From NCBI GenBank assembly GCA_038253555.1, contig JBBSGZ010000005.1, forward strand, positions 1-60,929: 60,929 nt of DNA. The letters run 5' to 3'. Made by a program: the position numbers and the translations under genes. Below, piece by piece: positions 29,003 through 38,834 of this stretch (position 1 is the stretch's first letter; each line of letters begins with the position of its first letter). The notes under the pieces are model-generated. The model searched no databases. It saw nothing but the letters and a program-made list of their open reading frames with translations, and was not told the DNA's origin. This DNA is from Thermoanaerobaculia bacterium. GTDB taxonomy: Bacteria > Acidobacteriota > Thermoanaerobaculia > UBA5066 > Gp7-AA6.

Positions 29003-30220
29003 ATGCCGCAATTTTCCATCAAGGCCGGCTGGCCCGACGGGAGCGTCGGGGACGAAGCCGTGCTCGCCGCGGACGCGGGAGCGGCCCGCTCGGAGATCGA
29101 GCGGCGGGGCGGCCACGTGTTCGAAGTCACGCGGCAGGGAGGGCTGTCGCTCGCGAGCCGCACCGCGCGAAAGTCCCGCGGTCGGGTGAAGATGCGCGAC
29201 TTTCTCCTCTTCAACCAGGAGATGATCGCCCTCCTGAAGGCCGGACTCCCGGTCGTGCACTCCTTTGGAATCCTCCTGGAGCGCCAGGAAAATCCGACCC
29301 TGCGGCGCGTCTTGACCGACGTGCGCGACCGGGTGAACTCCGGCGCCTCCCTGTCGGACGCGTTCGCCGCCCAGGGGGACACGTTCCCGAGGCTCTACTG
29401 GACGTCTCTGAAGGCGGGGGAGAAGAGCGGCGAGATCGAGACCGTCCTGCGCCGCTACCTGCAGTACCAGAAGACGGTGATGGGACTGGCGCGCAAAGTG
29501 GTTTCGACACTGGTCTATCCCGCGATCCTGATCGTCCTCTCGGTCGTGTTGATCGGAATCCTGATGACGTTCGTGATCCCGAGGTTTTCCGAGTTTTTCG
29601 CGGACTTCGGGGCCGAGCTGCCCCTGCTGACACAGGTCGTGATCGGGATCGCGACGTTTCTCCGGCGCAACGTTCTCTTCATCGCCGGGGGCCTGATCGT
29701 CGGGGGCTTCTTCATCTTCCGGTGGCTCAAGTCCGCTTCGGGCCGCCAGACGCGCGATGCGCTTCTGCTCCGGGTCCCGGTGGTCGGCGGGATCATGCGG
29801 CGGTTCGCGATCAGCCAGTTCACCCGAAGCCTCGCCACCTTGCTCGGCGGCGGGACGCCTCTCGTTCCGGCGCTCGAGAACTCGTCGGACGCTATCGGAA
29901 ATCGTTTCGTCTCGAGGCGGGTCCACGACGTGGTCGGGCGGGTCCGGGAGGGAGGCGAGCTCTGGCGGAGCCTGGAGCTGACCGGCATCTTCACCAACCT
30001 GACCCTCGAGATGATCAAGGTGGGCGAGGAATCGGGGGCGCTGGAGGAAATGTTGACGTCGGTGTCGGACTTCTACGACGAGGAGATCGACATGCTGCTC
30101 GCGAGGGTCATCTCCTTCGTCGAGCCGGCGATCCTGGTGGGGATGGGGCTCGTCATCATGACGATCCTGCTGTCGGTGTACCTGCCGATTTTCCGGATCA
30201 TGTCGCAGATCAAGGGGTGA
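29003..30220 (+). CDS. T2SS/T4P platform protein (GspF/PilC)
   Basis: LLKAGLP, AGEKSG, LVYPAIL, MIKVGEESGALEEML, EPAIL, YLPIF. Confidence 0.92.
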   Translation: MPQFSIKAGWPDGSVGDEAVLAADAGAARSEIERRGGHVFEVTRQGGLSLASRTARKSRGRVKMRDFLLFNQEMIALLKAGLPVVHSFGILLERQENPTLRRVLTDVRDRVNSGASLSDAFAAQGDTFPRLYWTSLKAGEKSGEIETVLRRYLQYQKTVMGLARKVVSTLVYPAILIVLSVVLIGILMTFVIPRFSEFFADFGAELPLLTQVVIGIATFLRRNVLFIAGGLIVGGFFIFRWLKSASGRQTRDALLLRVPVVGGIMRRFAISQFTRSLATLLGGGTPLVPALENSSDAIGNRFVSRRVHDVVGRVREGGELWRSLELTGIFTNLTLEMIKVGEESGALEEMLTSVSDFYDEEIDMLLARVISFVEPAILVGMGLVIMTILLSVYLPIFRIMSQIKG

Positions 30221-30222
30221 GC

Positions 30223-31833
30223 ATGGCCAAGCAATATTCGAACGGAACGGCGGTGGCGGCGCCGGAGACCGACGCGGCGGCGCTCGCTGAGCGCCTCGGC
30301 CTCCCCTATGTGAACCTCGCGCTCTTCCGTGTCGATCCGGATCTCTTCCGGTCGATCCCCGTCGAGTGGATGCTGCGCTACGAGTTCGTTCCCGAGTCGC
30401 GGACCGAGAAGACGATGACGATCATCTGCGCGGACCCGACCGACGTCGTGCGCCTGGACGAGCTCGAGCTCTTGATCGGCGTGCCGGTTCGCCTCAAGGT
30501 CGGGAGCCGCTCCGCGATCCACGACATCCTCCAGAAGAGCGAATCGTCCCAGCGGGTGCTGGACGAGGCGACCGAAGACTTCCGGATGCAGCTCGTCTCG
30601 GAGGACGAGGACGGCGAAGAGACGCTCACGATCGACCGGATCACCCAGGACGCCTCCCCGATCATCAAGCTCGTCGACTCGATTCTCTTCAACGCGATAC
30701 AGCGGCGGGCCTCCGACATTCACATCGAGACGCAGGAAAACGTCGTTCTCATCAAGTACCGGATCGACGGCGTCCTGTATCAGGCCATGGATCCGATCGA
30801 CAAGCGCCATCACGGCACGATCATTTCGCGCATCAAGGTCATGTCGGAGCTCGATATCGCGGAGAAGCGCATCCCGCAGGACGGCCGCTTCAAGCTGCGG
30901 GTGCGCGGCCGCACGATCGACTTCCGCGTCTCCATCATGCCCACCGTCCATGGCGAGGACGCCGTCATCCGGATCCTGGACAAGGAATCCGCGAACGCGG
31001 AGTTCAAGAGCCTGAACCTCGAGGTGCTCGGGTTCGACGCCGAAACGAAGAAGAAGCTGCGCAAGTTCATCCGGGAGCCGTACGGAATGGTGCTCGTCAC
31101 CGGGCCGACTGGCTCCGGAAAGACGACGACGCTCTATGCCTGTCTTTCCGAGATCCAGACGGTCGAAGACAAAATCGTGACCATCGAGGACCCCGTCGAA
31201 TACCAGCTCCGCGGAATCACCCAGATTCCCGTCAACGAAAAGAAGGGGCTCACGTTCGCGCGCGGACTCCGGTCGATCCTCCGGCACGACCCCGACAAGA
31301 TTATGGTCGGAGAGATCCGCGACGAGGAGACGGCGCAGATCGCGGTGCAGTCAGCCCTGACGGGGCACCTCGTTTTCACGACCGTGCACGCCAACAACGT
31401 CGTGGATGTACTCGGCCGGTTTCTCAACATGAAGGTCGACCTCTACAACTTCGTCTCGGCCTTGAACTGCATCCTCGCGCAGCGGCTGGTCCGGAAAATC
31501 TGCGTGCACTGCCGGGAAGTCGCCACGGTCACGGCGGAAGAACTCCGTGAGGCGGGAATCGATCCGGCGGTGGCGGCCGGGCACACCTTTTATGAAGGCC
31601 GCGGCTGTCTCGAATGCGACGGCACCGGGTTCCACGGACGGATGGCGATCGCGGAGCTGCTCGACCTGTCCGACCGGATCCGAGGGCTCATTCTGGAGCG
31701 CCGGCCGGCGGCGGAGATCAAGAAGGCGGCCAAGGACGAGGGCATGGCGTTCCTGCGGGACGCGGCGCTCGCGAAAGTGCTCGAAGGCTGGACGACTCTG
31801 AAGGAAATCAACAAGGTCACGTTCGTCGACTGA
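30223..31833 (+). CDS. GspE/PilB-family secretion ATPase
   Basis: ASDIHIE, GPTGSGKTT, LRHDPD, TVHAN, CxxC pairs; ATG at 30223. Confidence 0.92.
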   Translation: MAKQYSNGTAVAAPETDAAALAERLGLPYVNLALFRVDPDLFRSIPVEWMLRYEFVPESRTEKTMTIICADPTDVVRLDELELLIGVPVRLKVGSRSAIHDILQKSESSQRVLDEATEDFRMQLVSEDEDGEETLTIDRITQDASPIIKLVDSILFNAIQRRASDIHIETQENVVLIKYRIDGVLYQAMDPIDKRHHGTIISRIKVMSELDIAEKRIPQDGRFKLRVRGRTIDFRVSIMPTVHGEDAVIRILDKESANAEFKSLNLEVLGFDAETKKKLRKFIREPYGMVLVTGPTGSGKTTTLYACLSEIQTVEDKIVTIEDPVEYQLRGITQIPVNEKKGLTFARGLRSILRHDPDKIMVGEIRDEETAQIAVQSALTGHLVFTTVHANNVVDVLGRFLNMKVDLYNFVSALNCILAQRLVRKICVHCREVATVTAEELREAGIDPAVAAGHTFYEGRGCLECDGTGFHGRMAIAELLDLSDRIRGLILERRPAAEIKKAAKDEGMAFLRDAALAKVLEGWTTLKEINKVTFVD

Positions 31834-32747
31834 TGCGAATCCCCTTCGTCCGCCCCGTCGTGCCGCCGCACGTTTTCTGCCTTCTGGCGGACGGGGTGAC
31901 CTATGCCAGCGTCCGGAGGGACTCGCCCCGCGGATTCGCGCAGTCCCGGCACTTCCCGTACCCCCCCAACACCCTCGGCGCCTCGGCCGCGGGCACCCCG
32001 CTTTTTTCCCGCGAGGCGATCGCGCAGGCCGTGGACGCCGGCCGGCGGCTTTCCGACCGGCTCACCCGGGCCTCCGTGCTCTTTCCGGACTCATGGGCGC
32101 GCATGCTCGCCATCGAGGTCGACACAGTGCCGGAAGCTCCCGCGGCGGCGCGCGAGATGGTCCTCTGGAAGATCCGCAAGCTGCTCCCGGGCGTGACGTC
32201 GGACCTCCACGTCGTCTTTCGCGAGATGACGCCGGTCGGCGCGCAGAGGCGCCTTCTCGTGGCGGCCGCCCCCGCCGAGACTCTGCGGTCGATCGAGCAG
32301 GCGTTCGAGGCGGCGGGAGTTCGGGTCGGGGCGCTGGCGCCTTCCTCGCTCGCGCTGTTCGAGGGGCTGTCTCCGTTTCTTTCGTCCCGCGCGGCGGGCG
32401 ACTACGCCCTGCTCCACCGGACGGCGGATTCTTTCGTGTTTCTGGTCTCGAGCGACGGCGCGCCGATCTTTTTCCGGCAACGGCCCGCGGACGAAGAGGA
32501 TGGCGAGCACGAGCAGGAGGTGCGGCTCTCTCTCTCGTACTACGCCGAAAAGCTCAAGGGCAAGGGACTCTCCGCCGTTTACGTGCACGACGGCCGCGGG
32601 GGCGAGCCGCTCCGCGCCGAGTCCCTCCCCGTGCCGGTGCAGTTTCTCCGGGGAGGGCTCCTGGGCGCCGACTCGACCTTCGACGACAGAATCGCCGCGC
32701 GGCCGGAGCTTCTCCCGGCGTTCGCCGCCGTGTACGGGAGGAGCTGA
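31833..32747 (+). CDS. PilM/GspL-like assembly protein
   Basis: Position after the ATPase and coupled start; actin-like pattern; weak sequence evidence. Confidence 0.55.
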   Translation: MRIPFVRPVVPPHVFCLLADGVTYASVRRDSPRGFAQSRHFPYPPNTLGASAAGTPLFSREAIAQAVDAGRRLSDRLTRASVLFPDSWARMLAIEVDTVPEAPAAAREMVLWKIRKLLPGVTSDLHVVFREMTPVGAQRRLLVAAAPAETLRSIEQAFEAAGVRVGALAPSSLALFEGLSPFLSSRAAGDYALLHRTADSFVFLVSSDGAPIFFRQRPADEEDGEHEQEVRLSLSYYAEKLKGKGLSAVYVHDGRGGEPLRAESLPVPVQFLRGGLLGADSTFDDRIAARPELLPAFAAVYGRS

Positions 32748-33334
32748 TGGCGCGCACTCTCGACTTTGCGCGGCGACCCTTCCGGGACGAGCGCCCGTTT
32801 CTTCTCTCCGCCGCGCTCGCGTTCGGGCTTGCCGCGGTTCTTCTCGTCGCGAACGTCCGGCAGTACGCCGACTTCCACCGCTCGAGCGAAGGCACGGCGC
32901 GCCAGATCGAATCGCTCGAAGCGCGCCGCGACCGCGCCGATCGGGACGCTCAGGCCTCCCGCGCCGCCTTGAACAACTACAAGGTTTCGAACCTGGCGCG
33001 CGAGAGCCGCGGGCTCCTGAAGCTGGTCTCGGAGCGCCGCTTCTCCTGGAGCGCGCTTCTGGCGCGCCTCGAGCGGGTCCTGCCTTCCGACGTGCGGTTG
33101 ACGAGGTTGACGCCCCGCTTTTCCGAGACGGGCGAAACGACGCTCGACTGCTCGCTCGTCGGCAAGACCCCGGACGCGGTCGTCCGCACTCTGGCCGCGC
33201 TCTCGAAGGATCCCGAATTTGCCGCCGTCGAGCTGCGCAGCGAGGCCCCGCCGGGCGCCGGCGGCGCCGGGGCGCCCGAGGGCTACGGGTTTCAGCTGTA
33301 CTTAAAGTACGGATCGGCGGGTCAGACCCCGTGA
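32747..33334 (+). CDS. PilN-like protein
   Basis: N-terminal TM, coiled coil, FSWSALLARLERVLPSDVRL. Confidence 0.75.
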   Translation: MARTLDFARRPFRDERPFLLSAALAFGLAAVLLVANVRQYADFHRSSEGTARQIESLEARRDRADRDAQASRAALNNYKVSNLARESRGLLKLVSERRFSWSALLARLERVLPSDVRLTRLTPRFSETGETTLDCSLVGKTPDAVVRTLAALSKDPEFAAVELRSEAPPGAGGAGAPEGYGFQLYLKYGSAGQTP

Positions 33335-33939
33335 CGTTCTCAAGCCGACGAGCGCAGATCCTGATCGTGGCGATCCTGTCTCTGGCGGGGAACCTCGGGT
33401 TTTACCTCTGGTATCGCGCGACGGCGCAGGACCGCAAGGACGCCATGGAAGCGCGGCGCACGGAGCTGACCCGCGACGTGGACGCCCGGGAACGGGAGGC
33501 AAAAAGGCTTGCCGCCCAGCGGGACCGGCTTTCTTCCGTCTCGTCGGCCATCGAGGACTTTTACGGCAAGCGCATCGGGCCGAGCCGCGACACGCTCGCG
33601 CCCGTCGTGGCCGAAATTCATCTCCTGCTCCAGCGTTCGGGCATCCTGCCGGCGGAGATGTCGTACATCACGCAGGCGATGGCCGACCTGCCGCTGTCTC
33701 AAATGCTGGTCACCTTCTCCTTCCGCAATGATTACGCGCGTTTCAAGCAGCTCTTGAGCGCGATCGAGACGGATCGCCGCTGGATCGTCGTCCGGGAGGT
33801 CGTGCTGTCACGCGACGCGGAACTGCCGGGAGGCGTCCTGGTCCGCATGGCCCTCGCCACTTATTTCTCAAGTGAGGACACCGCGTCGGGCGCCTCGCCC
33901 GCGCGGCCGATACCGAGCGCGGCGAGGCGGCGCCCATGA
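33331..33939 (+). CDS. PilO/GspM-like protein
   Basis: TM, coiled coil, YARFKQLLSAIE; gene order. Confidence 0.65.
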   Translation: MTFSSRRAQILIVAILSLAGNLGFYLWYRATAQDRKDAMEARRTELTRDVDAREREAKRLAAQRDRLSSVSSAIEDFYGKRIGPSRDTLAPVVAEIHLLLQRSGILPAEMSYITQAMADLPLSQMLVTFSFRNDYARFKQLLSAIETDRRWIVVREVVLSRDAELPGGVLVRMALATYFSSEDTASGASPARPIPSAARRRP

Positions 33940-34568
33940 CCTTCTCTCTGGGCAGCCGCAAGCAGCTCGTCTGGCTGGCTCTCGCCGCCGCTTTTCTCGT
34001 CGGCGTCGTGCGCTGGCGCTCCGCGCCGTCCGCGCCGGACACCCCCACCCCGGTGGCCCGCGCCACGGGAAAACCGGCCCCGGCATCGCCGGACGAAGAG
34101 CGGCCAACGGCGCGCGCGCGATCCCGGGACACAAAAACCGCGACGGCGGACGATGTGCCGATCATCACGTCGAAGGACCTCGACCCCCAGCGCGCCCGGC
34201 GCGACGCGCAGAGCTCGCGCAATCTGTTCGACCTCCGGGCGCCGACGCCGATCCCTCCGCCTCCGCCGACGCCCGCCCCTCCGCCGCCCCCCGCGCCGGG
34301 AAGCGCGGCGTTCGTGGGACCCCTCCCCCCGCCTCCGCCGACGCCGACACCGGCGCCCCCGGAGATCTCGTTCAAGTTCATCGGGACGTTCGGCCCGAAG
34401 GATCGACCCCTTGCCGTTCTCGTGTCCGGAGACCAGATCGTCAATGCTCGGGCAGGCGAAGTCGTTTTCGACCGTTTCATCGTGCGGCGCGTCGGTTACG
34501 AGTCGGTGGACGTCGGCTTCGTCGGCTTCGCGCCGCAGCAGACCCGCCGGATTGGGATCACGCCATGA
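33936..34568 (+). CDS. Pro-rich PilP/GspC-like accessory protein
   Basis: TM, RNLFD, poly-Pro linker, FKFIGTFG...AVL beta domain; lies just before the secretin. Confidence 0.6.
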   Translation: MTFSLGSRKQLVWLALAAAFLVGVVRWRSAPSAPDTPTPVARATGKPAPASPDEERPTARARSRDTKTATADDVPIITSKDLDPQRARRDAQSSRNLFDLRAPTPIPPPPPTPAPPPPPAPGSAAFVGPLPPPPPTPTPAPPEISFKFIGTFGPKDRPLAVLVSGDQIVNARAGEVVFDRFIVRRVGYESVDVGFVGFAPQQTRRIGITP

Positions 34569-34605
34569 CCCGGACCGGCATCTGGAATTCTCGAAAGGTG
34601 GCCCG

Positions 34606-36981
34606 ATGAAGTTCGCAAAGAGACTCGGAGTCCTCGTTCTCATCTCTCTCGGGACCGCGTGCGCCAGCTCGCGAGCGTTTCGCGAAGCGAAAGAAGAGGA
34701 GAACGCCTCGCACTGGGACGTCGCGGTCATGAAGTACGCCCAGGCGCTCGAGGCCGAGCCGACCAACAGCCGCTACAAGATCTCGCTCTTGAACGCGAGG
34801 CGAAAAGCGTCCCAGGCGCACTTCGAGCGTGGCAAGATCTACCGCAGCTCCGGTCACGCGGACCTCGCCGTCGTGGAGCTGCAGCAGACCATCGCGCTCG
34901 ACCCCACGAACCACTACGCCGAGCTCGAGCTCGCCAAAGCGCGGGACGAGGCGACGCGCGCGGCGGCCGAGCGAGATGGCGAGACGCGGATGCAGGGCGC
35001 CAAGCGGAGAACCCGAGGGGCGCGGGCGCGGACGCCGCTGCTCGAGCCCACCAGCGAGCGGGCCATCAACCTGAACTTCCCTCAGCCCAAATCGATCAAG
35101 CAGATCTACCAGTCCCTCGCGCTCGCCGCCGGGATCAACGTGATTTTCGATCCCCAGCTCAAAGACGAGAACGTCGCGATCGTGCTGACCAACATCAGCT
35201 TTCAGAACGCGCTCGAGACCCTCATGCGCCAGGAGAACCACTTCTACAAGGTCATCGACGAGAAGACGATGTTGATCGCCGCGGACACCCCGCAGAACCG
35301 GAAAACCTACGAGGACCTCGTCATCCGGACGTTTTTTCTCTCAAACGGCGACGTCACCGACGTCTCCAACGCGCTGCGGCAGCTTTTGCAGACGACCCGC
35401 ATCTCGATCAACAAGGCCGAGAACTCGATCACGCTGCGCGACACGGCGGACAAGGTCGCGATCGCGGAAAAGATCATCGAAACGAACGACAAGCAGCTCG
35501 CGGAAGTCGTCATCGACGTCGAGCTGCTTCAGATCAACACCACCCGCCTGACGGAGATCGGTCTTCTGCTCTCGGGGTACACGATCGGCGCGTCCGCGCC
35601 CTCGCCCGGGGGCACGACCGACCTCGGCAGCACCCTCGCCGCCGGCTCGACCACCGCGGGCGCGTTCACCTGGGACCAGCTGAAGCAGCTCTCGATCCGT
35701 TCGTTCGGATTCAACATCCCCTCTGCGACCTACAACTTCGTCAAGAACAACACGGACTCGGAGCTGCTCGCCAAGCCGCAGCTGCGGATCTCGGAGGGGC
35801 AGAAGGCCCAGCTCGTGATCGGAGACAAGGTGCCGATTCCGACGACGACCTTCAACACCGCCAACACGGTCGGCGGAAGCATCGTGCCCATCACGTCGTT
35901 CCAGTATCAGGACGTCGGGATCAAGATCGAGGTCGAGCCCCGCGTCCACCACAACAAGGAAGTGACGTTGAAGCTGGTGCTCGAGGTCTCGCAGCTCGGG
36001 GACACGGTGACCTTCTCGGCGGGGCAATCCCAGCCGACCATCGGGACGCGCACGATCTCGTCGAACATCCGGCTTCGCGACGGCGAGACGAACTTCTTAG
36101 CCGGGCTTTTCCGGACCGACAAGACGGGCGGCAACACCACCGTTCCCTTTCTGGGGGACATCCCGATCCTGGGACGGCTCTTCTCGAATAAGCGCCACAC
36201 CTCGAAAACGACCGACCTCGTCCTTACGCTGACCCCGCACATCATTCGGATTCCGGACGTGACGGAAGAGGACCTCGTCCCCGTCTACGTCGGCACGGAC
36301 GCCAACATCTCCTTCCAGGGCTCCCCGCGGATCGAGTCCCCGGGCGGCGCCGGTCCCTTCGACTTCCGGCGTGACCAGCCAGCGGCGCGATCCAATCCGG
36401 CGCCGGGCGTGGCGCCCGCCGTGCCGCCCCCGCAGAACCTCGCACCCGCGACGCCGCCGAGCGACCCGTTCCGGCCGTCTCCGAGGGATGCGGTCCCACC
36501 GCAGCCACACGAACCGAAGCCGCCTTTCGGCGGTCAGGCGGCGGCGGTCCTGCCGTCCGGCGCGGCGGCGGCCGGCGTCGAGCGCGGTTCCTCCGCCGTT
36601 GCGACCTCTCCCACGCAGAGCGGGCTCCTGTTCGACATCGTGCCGGCTTCCGTCGCCGTCGGGAAGGGCCAGCAGAGCTCGATCCTGCTCCGGGTCACAG
36701 GGCAGGACGCCTCGGTGAACGGCTCCGTCGTGGTTCGTTTCGACCCGGCGATGGTTTCGGTGATCGGAGTGCGGGCGATCCTTCCGGAGGGGGGCGTGGC
36801 GGATTCCCACATCGAGCCGGGCCGCGTGATCTTGAGTCTCCCGAACCCGATCGGCCTGTCAGGCACCCGAGCGCTGGCCGAGATCGTCGTCCAGGGCGTG
36901 AAAGCGGGGTCCTCGAAGCTGACCTTTGATCGGGGCACTTCGTCGGCGAGCTTCGCGGAGGCCACCGTGGAGGTGCGGTGA
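34606..36981 (+). CDS. secretin (GspD/PilQ family) with N-terminal TPR and C-terminal cohesin-like domain
   Basis: LGTAC lipobox; LAKPQLR, IGDKVPI, YQDVGIKI, PFLGDIPILGRLF, LTPHIIR; Pro-rich linker then a beta-sandwich (VRFDP...). Confidence 0.9.
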   Translation: MKFAKRLGVLVLISLGTACASSRAFREAKEEENASHWDVAVMKYAQALEAEPTNSRYKISLLNARRKASQAHFERGKIYRSSGHADLAVVELQQTIALDPTNHYAELELAKARDEATRAAAERDGETRMQGAKRRTRGARARTPLLEPTSERAINLNFPQPKSIKQIYQSLALAAGINVIFDPQLKDENVAIVLTNISFQNALETLMRQENHFYKVIDEKTMLIAADTPQNRKTYEDLVIRTFFLSNGDVTDVSNALRQLLQTTRISINKAENSITLRDTADKVAIAEKIIETNDKQLAEVVIDVELLQINTTRLTEIGLLLSGYTIGASAPSPGGTTDLGSTLAAGSTTAGAFTWDQLKQLSIRSFGFNIPSATYNFVKNNTDSELLAKPQLRISEGQKAQLVIGDKVPIPTTTFNTANTVGGSIVPITSFQYQDVGIKIEVEPRVHHNKEVTLKLVLEVSQLGDTVTFSAGQSQPTIGTRTISSNIRLRDGETNFLAGLFRTDKTGGNTTVPFLGDIPILGRLFSNKRHTSKTTDLVLTLTPHIIRIPDVTEEDLVPVYVGTDANISFQGSPRIESPGGAGPFDFRRDQPAARSNPAPGVAPAVPPPQNLAPATPPSDPFRPSPRDAVPPQPHEPKPPFGGQAAAVLPSGAAAAGVERGSSAVATSPTQSGLLFDIVPASVAVGKGQQSSILLRVTGQDASVNGSVVVRFDPAMVSVIGVRAILPEGGVADSHIEPGRVILSLPNPIGLSGTRALAEIVVQGVKAGSSKLTFDRGTSSASFAEATVEVR

Positions 36982-37493
36982 TGTCGCTCACGGAAGCGGC
37001 GGACGGCAGACGGCGAACGGCGCCGGGCGTGAGGCGCCGATGGAGCGAGGCCGGGTTCACGGTGGTGGAGCTCGCCGTGGTGGCGGCGATGATCGCGATC
37101 CTGACGGGGATGGTGGTCCCGGTCGTGCGCTACACCGTCAAGCGCCAGGACGAGATCGAGCTGCGCTTTCAGCTGCGTCAGATGCGCGACGCCCTCGACA
37201 AGTACAAGCAGTCGTCCGACGCGGGCCTCATTCCCCCGCAGCTCGGGACGGAGGGGTATCCGCCGGATCTGGATGTTTTGGTCGACGGGGCGAAGCTCGT
37301 CGGGCAGATCGCCAAGAAGCAGAAGTTCCTCCGCCGGATCCCGGTCGACCCCATGACGAAGAAAGCCGAGTGGGGCCTGCGCTCGTATCAGGACGACCCC
37401 AAAACCACGTCCTGGGGCAGTCAGAACGTCTACGACGTGTATTCGCTTTCCAACGGGCGCGCCATCGACGGCACGTACTACAAGGACTGGTGA
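36978..37493 (+). CDS. prepilin/pseudopilin
   Basis: AG|FTVVEL class III signal; FLRRIPVDPMT; DGTYYKDW. Confidence 0.88.
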   Translation: MMSLTEAADGRRRTAPGVRRRWSEAGFTVVELAVVAAMIAILTGMVVPVVRYTVKRQDEIELRFQLRQMRDALDKYKQSSDAGLIPPQLGTEGYPPDLDVLVDGAKLVGQIAKKQKFLRRIPVDPMTKKAEWGLRSYQDDPKTTSWGSQNVYDVYSLSNGRAIDGTYYKDW

Positions 37494-37996
37494 TGAAAAA
37501 ACGTCAAGGGTCAGGCGTCAGGGGTCAGGCGCGGGAGAGGGCTGAAGGATTTCTTCCTCCGTCTCACCCCTCACCCCTCACGCCTCACCAGGCCGGCTTC
37601 ACCCTCCTCGAGCTCCTCGTCGTCATGACGATCATCGGGATCCTCGCGGCGATCGCCGTTCCGGCTCTGCGGGACTCTCCGCAACGGGCCCGGGAGGCGA
37701 CCTTGAAGGAGGACCTCTTCACACTTCGGAGCGTCATCGACCAGTACCACGGGGACAAGGGGAACTATCCGGCGGATCTCCAGACCCTCGTGACGGATGG
37801 CTACATCCGCAAAATCCCACTCGACCCGATGACGAAATCGGCCGAGACCTGGGTCGTCGCTTTCGAGGAAGCGCCCTCCGAGTCCGCCGCGCCGGATGCG
37901 GCGGGGTCGCCCGGACCCGCGACCCCGGGCGTCATCGATGTGCACAGCGGGTCCCCCGGGAAGGCCCTGGACGGGACCCTCTACAAGGAGTGGTGA
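37493..37996 (+). CDS. GspG-like pseudopilin
   Basis: AG|FTLLELLVVMTIIGILAAIA; IDQYHGDKGNYP; IPLDPMT; DGTLYKEW. Confidence 0.9.
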   Translation: MKKRQGSGVRGQARERAEGFLPPSHPSPLTPHQAGFTLLELLVVMTIIGILAAIAVPALRDSPQRAREATLKEDLFTLRSVIDQYHGDKGNYPADLQTLVTDGYIRKIPLDPMTKSAETWVVAFEEAPSESAAPDAAGSPGPATPGVIDVHSGSPGKALDGTLYKEW

Positions 37997-38031
37997 GAGA
38001 GCGGGGCGAGCCGCGAAACGAGGGGCCTCGC

Positions 38032-38736
38032 ATGGCCGGTTGCCCGAGGCCGGTCTGGCCTCCAGGGTTCCGCATTCCCGCTTTTCGCCTTTCGCCGTTC
38101 GCCTTTCCCCCGGCGCGCCGGACCTCGTATCCTTCGGGTCAGAGCGGATTCACGATGGTCGCCGTCGTGATCGGGATCCTCATCCTGACGATCGTGATCG
38201 CCGCCGTCGGTCCGGCCCTGGGAACGATCGGGAAAAGGGAGCGGGAAAAGGAGCTGCTTTTCCGCGGGAAGCAATACGCTCGCGGCATCGGACTTTTCCA
38301 GCGGCGGTACGGCCGCTATCCGAACACCCTGAAGGAGATGCTCGAGAACAACCCGCGCACCATCCGGCAGCTCTGGAAAGACCCCATGTGCAATTGTTCC
38401 GACTGGTATCTGCTCATTTTGAACACGCCGGACGCGATCCCGCAGGGGGGAAACCCGCTCGGAGGTCCCGGCCCCGCACCGACGCCGGGCGGGTCCCGTC
38501 CCGTGCCCACACCCACACCGGCGCCTTCCGCGTTTGGCACGACGCAGACGGCGGGCCCGATCGTCGGAGTGCGGTCGAAGGTGCACAAGGAGGCGCTCGC
38601 GGAGTGGCGAGGGAAGAAGTTTTACGACGAGTGGCGATTTTTGGTGGGAGACGCCGACCGGGAGGGGGGGGCGTTTGACCCGAACAGCCTCCGCCGGCCT
38701 CCAGGAACGCCCCTGCCAGGGCCTCCGTCCAGATAG
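38032..38736 (+). CDS. minor pseudopilin lacking Glu5
   Basis: SG|FTMVAVVIGILIL; REKELLFRG; IRQLWKDP. Confidence 0.8.
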   Translation: MAGCPRPVWPPGFRIPAFRLSPFAFPPARRTSYPSGQSGFTMVAVVIGILILTIVIAAVGPALGTIGKREREKELLFRGKQYARGIGLFQRRYGRYPNTLKEMLENNPRTIRQLWKDPMCNCSDWYLLILNTPDAIPQGGNPLGGPGPAPTPGGSRPVPTPTPAPSAFGTTQTAGPIVGVRSKVHKEALAEWRGKKFYDEWRFLVGDADREGGAFDPNSLRRPPGTPLPGPPSR

Positions 38737-38834
38737 TAAGTATCAGTAAGTAAACGACTTAATTCTAAAATGACAGCCGGCTTGCCGGGAGGACCGGCGC
38801 GATAGAATGGCGCCGCCTGCCGGGAGCCTTCTCC

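Noticed and set aside
38737-38772. AT-rich palindrome TAAGT-AAACG-ACTTA as a dif or att site
   Set aside because: It does not match XerC/D arms and there is no integrase; it could be an operator, but nothing supports that.
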